From contig JAQGDQ010002369.1 of assembly GCA_030141605.1 (NCBI GenBank), forward strand, positions 124,001 to 188,000: a stretch of DNA of 64,000 nt, given 5' to 3'. Shown piece by piece: positions 57,592-64,000 of this stretch (its first letter is position 1; every line of letters begins with the position of its first letter). This DNA is from Tubiluchus corallicola (lineage: Eukaryota > Animalia > Priapulida). The notes under the pieces are model-generated. The model saw only the letters and a program-made list of their open reading frames with translations, was not told where the DNA came from and searched no databases. Both the position numbers and the translations under genes were made by a program.

Positions 57592-59344
57592 AAGAGAAAG
57601 TCTCGAAGTTCTAAGGCAGAGGATTGATCTTCCCGAGGTGATTTCTCAGCATATCCCTTTGAAAAGAGCAGGAGCAACCTATAAGGCCCTTTGTCCTTTT
57701 CATGATGAGAAAACTCCTTCTTTTGTCGTTGGGAAGGGAGACCATCATTATCACTGCTTTGGTTGCGGGGCACATGGAGACGCCATTCAGTTTCTAATGA
57801 GCCATGTCCGTCTCAGTTTTGTCGAAGCCGTTGAGATGTTGGCTGAACGATTCCACGTGCCTTTGGAAGAAACGGATGCCCGTCAAAAAAAGGGTCCCGA
57901 TCGAACAGTATTAAAAGATGCGATGGAAAAGGCAACAAGGTTTTTTCACTTTTTGCTTCTCCATTCTCAAGAAGGTGCCGAGGCTCTCCGTTATCTGTAC
58001 GAAAGGGGAATTGACCTGAAATGCATCCGTGATTTCCAATTGGGCTACGCTCCCAGAACAAAAGGCATTTTTCAAACCACGATGAAAGAACAGGGAGTGA
58101 AAGAGATCACTCTTTCTCAGGTTGGATTGATTTCCGACTCGAAACGAGACTTTTTCATTGACCGGATACAAATTCCTATTCGGGACCGGATAGGTGCCGT
58201 TATTGGTTTTTCAGCAAGGAAGTTCAAACCTGATACATTCGGTCCCAAGTACATCAATACTTCTGAAACCCCTCTCTTTAAAAAATCGCAAATCCTTTTT
58301 GGTCTGTCCTATTCAAGAAAACGGATCGCAAAAGAAAAGCGTGCGATCATTGTGGAAGGGCAGATTGATGCGATACGTCTGATTCATAATGGTTTTACAA
58401 TCACCGTTGCAGGACAGGGAACTGCATTCGGTGAAGGGCAAGCCCAGGAATTATTGAACTTGGGAGTCCGCAGGGTTTATCTGGCTTTGGACTCGGATAA
58501 GGCAGGATGGGAAGCAGCGGTAAAAATCGGACACCTTTTTCAAAAAGATGGAGTGGAAGTTTCCGTCGTTCCGATTCAGGAAGGCATGGATCCAGATACT
58601 CTATTGAGAGAGAAGGGGCCAAAAATTTGGGAAGAATTACTGGAAAAGAGTGCGGATTATCTGAGTTTTTTGGTGGATAATTCTTCTAAGGAACTCGATA
58701 TGAATTCACCTGCTGAAAAAAATGAACTGGTCCAAACCATCGCAAATCGTATTCGGAGTTGGGATCACCCTTTGATGGTGCATGAAAGCTTGAGAAAACT
58801 TGCCAAATTGACTCATACGCCTGAATCGATGCTTGTCGGACAAGTTTCTCCTTCTCCCATTGTCATCAAGCAAGCGGCAAGTGTTTCCTTTCAGCAAATT
58901 GACCCTGACCGAATTTTAGAAGCTGATCTTCTCCGCTGGCTTTTCTTTTTGGGAGAAAGTCATCCCAATATCGTAAAGATCGCAGAAAAAAATCTTGCAG
59001 AAGAACACTTTACGAAGCCTGTTTGCAAGCGTCTTTACACCAAATATATGGAAACAGTCCGTGAACAAAAGCCTAGAGACCTTCTTTCTTTGACGATTGA
59101 TTTGCAAAATGCCGAAGAGCAGTTGTTTCTTTCTGAAATGCTTCAAAAAAGGATCAACCCTGAAAAAGGGGAAGAGGGGTTTGTCGAAACCCTTCAAAAA
59201 TTGCTCGATCGCCATTGGATGACAATGCGAGAAGAAATCAAACAGAAGATCTATAATGCCAATACTTCGGAAGAAGAAGTCATGGAATTGGCGCGCAGGT
59301 TCGATGAGATCAAAAACGCTAGGCCAAAGGTAGACTCAGAATGA
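57578..59344 (+). CDS. dnaG: DNA primase
   Basis: CPFHDEKTPSF...CFGC zinc finger, KYINTSETPLF, TOPRIM VEGQID and DSDKAG. Confidence 0.97.
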   Translation: MKVFKRESLEVLRQRIDLPEVISQHIPLKRAGATYKALCPFHDEKTPSFVVGKGDHHYHCFGCGAHGDAIQFLMSHVRLSFVEAVEMLAERFHVPLEETDARQKKGPDRTVLKDAMEKATRFFHFLLLHSQEGAEALRYLYERGIDLKCIRDFQLGYAPRTKGIFQTTMKEQGVKEITLSQVGLISDSKRDFFIDRIQIPIRDRIGAVIGFSARKFKPDTFGPKYINTSETPLFKKSQILFGLSYSRKRIAKEKRAIIVEGQIDAIRLIHNGFTITVAGQGTAFGEGQAQELLNLGVRRVYLALDSDKAGWEAAVKIGHLFQKDGVEVSVVPIQEGMDPDTLLREKGPKIWEELLEKSADYLSFLVDNSSKELDMNSPAEKNELVQTIANRIRSWDHPLMVHESLRKLAKLTHTPESMLVGQVSPSPIVIKQAASVSFQQIDPDRILEADLLRWLFFLGESHPNIVKIAEKNLAEEHFTKPVCKRLYTKYMETVREQKPRDLLSLTIDLQNAEEQLFLSEMLQKRINPEKGEEGFVETLQKLLDRHWMTMREEIKQKIYNANTSEEEVMELARRFDEIKNARPKVDSE

Positions 59345-59742
59345 AGCATCTGATCTTTTTTGATGGGGAATGCGGTCTTTGCCACACATCTGTCCGCCAT
59401 ATTATATCAATGGACAAGGAGCGTATCTTTATTTTTGCGTCTCTTGAAGGGAGGACTGCCGAGCAGTTTTTTTTGGGCGTCGAGAAAAAATACAAGAAAA
59501 AAGGCAGTCTGGTCTTAGTTGAAGACTATCCCTCTGATAAGATCTGGATACAGGCACAGGCAGTGGCGCGGATCTACTGGTTATTAGGAGGTAAAAGGAA
59601 GGTTCTGGGGATTTTTTGCTTTATTCCTTCCTTTTTCATCGACCCTTTCTATCAATTCATTGCAGCACATCGTCATAAAATCAGTGAAAGGCAAAGACTC
59701 TCTTCTTTAATTAAAGAAGATGAGGATCGTTTTCTTCCCTAA
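59341..59742 (+). CDS. DCC1-like thiol-disulfide oxidoreductase (DUF393)
   Basis: [15 protein letters not shown]. Confidence 0.85.
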   Translation: MKHLIFFDGECGLCHTSVRHIISMDKERIFIFASLEGRTAEQFFLGVEKKYKKKGSLVLVEDYPSDKIWIQAQAVARIYWLLGGKRKVLGIFCFIPSFFIDPFYQFIAAHRHKISERQRLSSLIKEDEDRFLP

Positions 59743-61136
59743 TCGATCAGTCTTTGAGAAAGGATTGTGATAAGGTTGGAGATGGGAACGCGGACCTGGT
59801 CCATCGAATCTCTATCTCGAAGAGTGACCGAATCATCTTCCATGGTGTCATAATCGATGGTGACACACAGAGGAGTTCCCAATTCATCCTGCCTACGGTA
59901 TCTTTTTCCGATAGCACCGGTCTCATCGTATTCAGCATTGAAGTGGGCTTGGATAAGCTTGAAGATTTCTTTGGCCTTGTCTCCGAGAGGAGGTTTTTTC
60001 ATGAGAGGGAATACAGCTACTTTGACAGGAGCGACCTTGGGAGAAAGGTGGAGAACAGTTCTGGTCTCACCATTTGCCAGCTTTTCTTCTTCGTACGCAT
60101 CGCAAAGAAGTGCAAGAATGGTTCGGTCCACTCCAAAAGTAGGCTCAATGACGTGTGGAATGAATGTTTCCTTCTTTTCGAGATCGCGGTATTCGAGATT
60201 TTGCCCTGTATGTTCCATATGGGCTTTGAGATCGAAATCAGTACGGTAAGCCAGACCATATAGTTCGCTGGGGCCGAATGGGAAGTCGTAAATGATATCG
60301 ACTGTTCTTTTTGAGTAATGGGAAAGTTGCTCTTGATCGTGTTCCTTTAAAGAGGTCCTGCCTGGATTGAGTCCAATAGCCTCGCACCATTTTCTCATCA
60401 GAACAAGCCATTCTTCAAAAGAAGTTTCCCAGTTTTCTTCACGGATGAAGTACTCGATTTCCATCTGTTCGAATTCAATGACCCGAAAGATAAAGTTCCC
60501 TGGAGTGATCTCATTGCGGAACGCCTTTCCGATTTGGGCGATTCCGAAGGGGATTTTCACCCGCATCGTATCGACAATATTTTTGAATTCGAGAAAGATC
60601 GCTTGGGCTGTTTCAGGTCTGAGATAAGCGGCATCTCCATGCGCAGAGCTCGTCTTGCTCATGGAAGTTTGAAACATGAGATTGAAATTACGGGCCTCTG
60701 TGAAATTTTTACTGCCACATTTAGGGCAGGCTACATCATTGTCTCGGATGAGCCGGGTCATCTCTTCCAGACTTTTTCCATCAGCATCCTGGTGGAGCGT
60801 CTCTTCGATCAAATGGTCGGCGCGGAAGCGGGCTTTGCATTCCTTGCAATCGATCATCGCATCGTTGAATCCTTCCAAATGACCAGAAGCGTCCCATGCC
60901 TTGGGGTGGAGAAGGATCGGGCCGTCGATTCCGACGACATCTCTTCTTTCCTGAACGAATGCTTTCCACCATAGATCCTTGATGTTCTTTTTCATCTCAG
61001 CTCCATAAGGGCCATAAGAATAGGTGTTGGCAAAGCCTCCGTAGATTTCAGATCCCGGATAGACGAAACCTCGACGTTTGCAAAGAGCAACGATGGGCTT
61101 CAGAAAGTCGATATTTTTTTTATCTTTTACGCTCAT
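59739..61136 (-). CDS. glyQS: glycine--tRNA ligase, alpha2 (eukaryote/archaea-like) type
   Basis: [43 protein letters not shown]; 465 aa. Confidence 0.95.
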   Translation of the reverse strand: MSVKDKKNIDFLKPIVALCKRRGFVYPGSEIYGGFANTYSYGPYGAEMKKNIKDLWWKAFVQERRDVVGIDGPILLHPKAWDASGHLEGFNDAMIDCKECKARFRADHLIEETLHQDADGKSLEEMTRLIRDNDVACPKCGSKNFTEARNFNLMFQTSMSKTSSAHGDAAYLRPETAQAIFLEFKNIVDTMRVKIPFGIAQIGKAFRNEITPGNFIFRVIEFEQMEIEYFIREENWETSFEEWLVLMRKWCEAIGLNPGRTSLKEHDQEQLSHYSKRTVDIIYDFPFGPSELYGLAYRTDFDLKAHMEHTGQNLEYRDLEKKETFIPHVIEPTFGVDRTILALLCDAYEEEKLANGETRTVLHLSPKVAPVKVAVFPLMKKPPLGDKAKEIFKLIQAHFNAEYDETGAIGKRYRRQDELGTPLCVTIDYDTMEDDSVTLRDRDSMDQVRVPISNLITILSQRLID

Positions 61137-61287
61137 TTGGAATATTTCCCCTTATCAAGAAGGGTATAATCCTAGCTTAAAAATAAGGGGATTACAAGAG
61201 AAATTAAAAAGGTTCATAGAATCAAAAATCTTGATTCCTTTTTAAAATCTATACATAATCTTTGCCTAATTTTTACTAGGGGTAACC

Positions 61288-62087
61288 ATGAGACCTTCCT
61301 GCAGAAGCTTTTTTTATTTAGCTTCTTTCTTTTACCATTCGTACTATTTTCCAAAATCATCGAAGCAGACAATATTTCCGACCTGGAAAAGTATATTGAA
61401 CCAAAGCACCTTGTCGTTTTTGACATCGATAACACGTTAATCGAACCCACTCAGGTTTTAGGAACGGATCAATGGTTTCAAAATCGAATCGATGAATACC
61501 AACTAGCCGGAATGGAAAAACAGGATGCGATCGAACTGGCTCTTGCCGAATGGATGGCCGTGCAAAGCATTACCCAAGTAAAGCTTGTGGAAGATCATGC
61601 AGATCAGGTTGTGGAAAAATTCCAGAAACAGGGGTTTACTGTAATGGGGTTGACAACCAGGGGACTGGGACTGTCGACAAGAACTGTGGAGCAATTGAAA
61701 TCCCTTAACGTAGATATGCTTCATTCTGCCCCCGTCCACCACGATGTTTTCTTCCACAATCAGCGCGGTTGTCTATTCCGTGGCGGCATTCTTTTTACAG
61801 CAGCAACACACAAGGGGCGTGCGCTTTTCCGTCTATTCGAACGAATCGATTATCACCCAAAATCGGTTCTTTTTATCAATGATAAGTATGCCAATCTAAG
61901 AGAAGTTGAAGAGACATGCGAAGAAAGAGGAATCCCCTTTATCGGTCTTCGCTATAACTATCTTGATAACAAAGTAAAGAACTTCCGAAAAGATCTTGCC
62001 GATATCCAGTTCGAACATTTCGGTTACATTCTTTCCGATAAAGATGCAGAGAAAATACTCAAAGATCGCCAAGACCGAAAATCATGA
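61288..62087 (+). pseudogene. DUF2608 HAD-like exported protein, apparent 1-nt deletion in codon 2
   Basis: The frame of ORF 61512-62087 is open back to 61293 (TFLQKLFLFSFFLLPF...VVFDIDNTL), but ATG 61288 is 1 nt out of frame. HAD motifs DIDNT, LTTR and FIND. Confidence 0.7.
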
Positions 62088-62614
62088 TTCGTTTTCTTCT
62101 CCTTTGTGCTCTTTTTGGAATCTTTTACTTGATCTATCAGGTAACTCCCTCGACTGATTGTGCTTTTTGCAACCGAAGAGTAGTCCACAGACAAAAGTAT
62201 TATGAAGATGATCGGGCAGTTGGTCTTTATTGCTATAAACCGATCATCGAGGGACATTGTCTCATCATTCCGAAAAGACATGTCAAGCGGTTTGAGGACC
62301 TCACCACATCAGAGATGTCCCACATGCAAGAACTGATCAAAAAAACGCACAAGGCTTCTCAAAAAGCCTTCGGTGCAAAGAGTTATCTTCTTTTGCAAAA
62401 AAACGGAAAAGAAGTAGGACAAAGCGTTCCTCATGTCCACTTCCATTACATTCCCAATAAAAGCGGGAATCCTATAGGGCTCCTTTTGAGATTTCTATTG
62501 GCGCCATTGAAGGCAGAAATTTCATCGAAAGAACTTAAAGAAAAAATAAGGGCCATCCAGGCCTCCTGGGAGAAAGAAGAGTGGCCGAGCACAGCAAATC
62601 GAGCTGTGATCTAA
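62084..62614 (+). CDS. HIT family nucleotide hydrolase with N-terminal signal/TM
   Basis: DCAFC, GH.LIIPKRH, GQSVPHVHFH histidine triad. Confidence 0.88.
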   Translation: MIRFLLLCALFGIFYLIYQVTPSTDCAFCNRRVVHRQKYYEDDRAVGLYCYKPIIEGHCLIIPKRHVKRFEDLTTSEMSHMQELIKKTHKASQKAFGAKSYLLLQKNGKEVGQSVPHVHFHYIPNKSGNPIGLLLRFLLAPLKAEISSKELKEKIRAIQASWEKEEWPSTANRAVI

Positions 62615-63672
62615 GTCGATGAGAAATTGAAGGATCTCTTCGTTGGGAGCCAGATAGATCGGTGTTCTTTTTTCTTCGAATGTAGTTGCTTCTAGATCTC
62701 CTCCGTTAGCGATAATGTACTCTAGAACTTCAAGAGGAGCTTCTTGTTGTACAGCACCATGGATCACTGCTAGTGGGAGAATAAAAGAAGTTTCATTCTC
62801 GATCGGCAGCTGAGAATGTTCCAGCATCAATGCAAACATTTCTGGACGCAAAATCATGGCCAGTTGAAAACAGCTTCCACCTCCTGCAATGGCAGACTGG
62901 TTAGGATTTGCTCCATTTTTCAAAAGAGCTATAACGGCGTCTTTCTGATTGTGCAGTACAGCAAAATGCAATGGAGTGGGAAGATTTGTGAAAAAGGCTT
63001 CAATCTGATCAGGAATTTCATCCCAATCATAGTCCGTACTGTATGGAAATGAGCTTGAATAGGGGGTGCTGGTAGTATAGGAGAGACTATAGAAAGGATT
63101 AACACTTTCATCAAACCAACTAACGTCAACATTTTTTAATTGATCCAGTATATCTTTGGGAAGGTTAAGGAAATCCCTTGGCCCTGGATTTACTTCAGCA
63201 CCATGATCGATGAGGAGCTGGATCATTTTTACGTCACCGCTGATGGCTGCGTAGTCCAAAGCTCTCATCGGTACGAAGGGGAGAAGGTAATCGATGCGGG
63301 GGCATTGGCATCGGCTCCATGTTCGAGGAATAGACGTACTGCCTCGTAGTCCAGATTCTTTACGGCTGCATGAAGGGCCGGAGGTCCTTCGGCATTATTA
63401 CCATATCGGACGATCAGGTCGATCATATGAGCGTCAGAAGATCTTCGGATCATCTCAAGATCTGTTTTCTGCATGGAAGGAGTATTGTGAACTCTTCTTT
63501 CATGATGAGTGCTTTCCGATCTTGCTCTTCTCGCAAGTGATTTCGAAGCGCGAGGAGAATGAGAGTGCTTAGGTGGTTTCGGATGGTGGTGGACCGGGTG
63601 ATGATGGTGGGGTTTATGAGTTGTTGTAGAAATAGAAGGATGTTTTTCAATTCCTTTTACTGCCATGACCAA
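62522..63672 (-). pseudogene. ankyrin-repeat protein with His-rich N-terminus, frameshifted
   Basis: ALH.AV...LFLEHGADAN, ALDYAA..G....LLIDHGAEVN, TPLHFAV...LLKNGANPN. The two ORFs join by +1 C in the run at 63298-63302. Confidence 0.75.
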
Positions 63673-63802
63673 ACCTCATGTTGGTATTTAAAAACCGGAC
63701 ATTATCCTTTTGTAGTTAGATACCGGTCAATAGCAGAGATAATTTGAAGATAGATTTAATAATTTAATTATCTAGGTTGGTTTTTAATTAAATACATAAC
63801 TC

Positions 63803-64000
63803 TTAGTGAGAAGCATTCGAAGGAGGATCCAGATATTCGACGGGAAGATTTAGCTCTTGGGCATAGGCAATTTCATCAGCTACGCCTTTCGAGAGCTCCC
63901 ATCCGTTGAGTTTGAGAACGATGAGCTTGTCGCACCGTTTGATGAGGGTGAAGTCATATGACTTCCATAAGTCCCATCCCTGACGGAGTCCTGTTTTGAA
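63803..64000 (-). CDS. DUF1937 / nucleoside deoxyribosyltransferase-like protein (3' part only)
   Basis: Manual translation ...WDLWKSYD...CDKLIVLKLNGWELSKGVADEIAYAQELNLPV; runs off the window end. Confidence 0.75.
   Translation of the reverse strand, partial: FKTGLRQGWDLWKSYDFTLIKRCDKLIVLKLNGWELSKGVADEIAYAQELNLPVEYLDPPSNASH

Noticed and set aside
61204-61245. Interrupted inverted repeat between GlyRS and the DUF2608 gene as a T-box or riboswitch
   Set aside because: The spacer is only ~150 bp, AT-rich and lacks T-box consensus; more simply divergent promoter sequence.

Overview
The window comes from an environmental Chlamydiota genome, probably Simkaniaceae/Rhabdochlamydiaceae-like. The assignment is inferred from chlamydial gene order (ptr-plsB-rng-plsX-rpmF-yceD; lpxB-pcnB; rnpA-rpmH/rpmJ-rpsN; uvrC-mutS-dnaG-GlyRS), a plastid-type PlsB and an expanded MOMP/Lpg1974-like porin array. 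Accessory islands lie between the core blocks. (1) 2.2-6.2 kb: a lipase-like gene and two tandem Inc-like paralogs, one with a herpes-tegument-like (VTD) deubiquitinase domain. (2) 19.3-26.9 kb: two large, fragmented, membrane-anchored paralogs that share an unrecognised ~110-aa domain; one ends in a CX5R phosphatase domain. (3) 27.5-34.6 kb: six porin genes or fragments, with a deletion-fusion junction and an inserted tdk. (4) 43.2-50.3 kb: a lipoprotein OppA divergent from a 1159-aa signal-less OppA fusion, followed by a stand-alone SH2-like protein and a MATE exporter; this is my best candidate for an undescribed system. (5) An AAA+/DUF4143 ATPase-nuclease preceded by a tandem palindromic operator. 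Also present are three different MITE-like palindromic elements, a structured rng leader, an alpha2-type GlyRS at the syntenic position of the fused chlamydial glyQS, and about 15 frame-disrupting lesions confined to non-essential genes. Whether these lesions are real decay or long-read error is unresolved. No rRNA, tRNA, CRISPR array or transposase was recognised. All family calls come from motif recognition by eye, not database searches.
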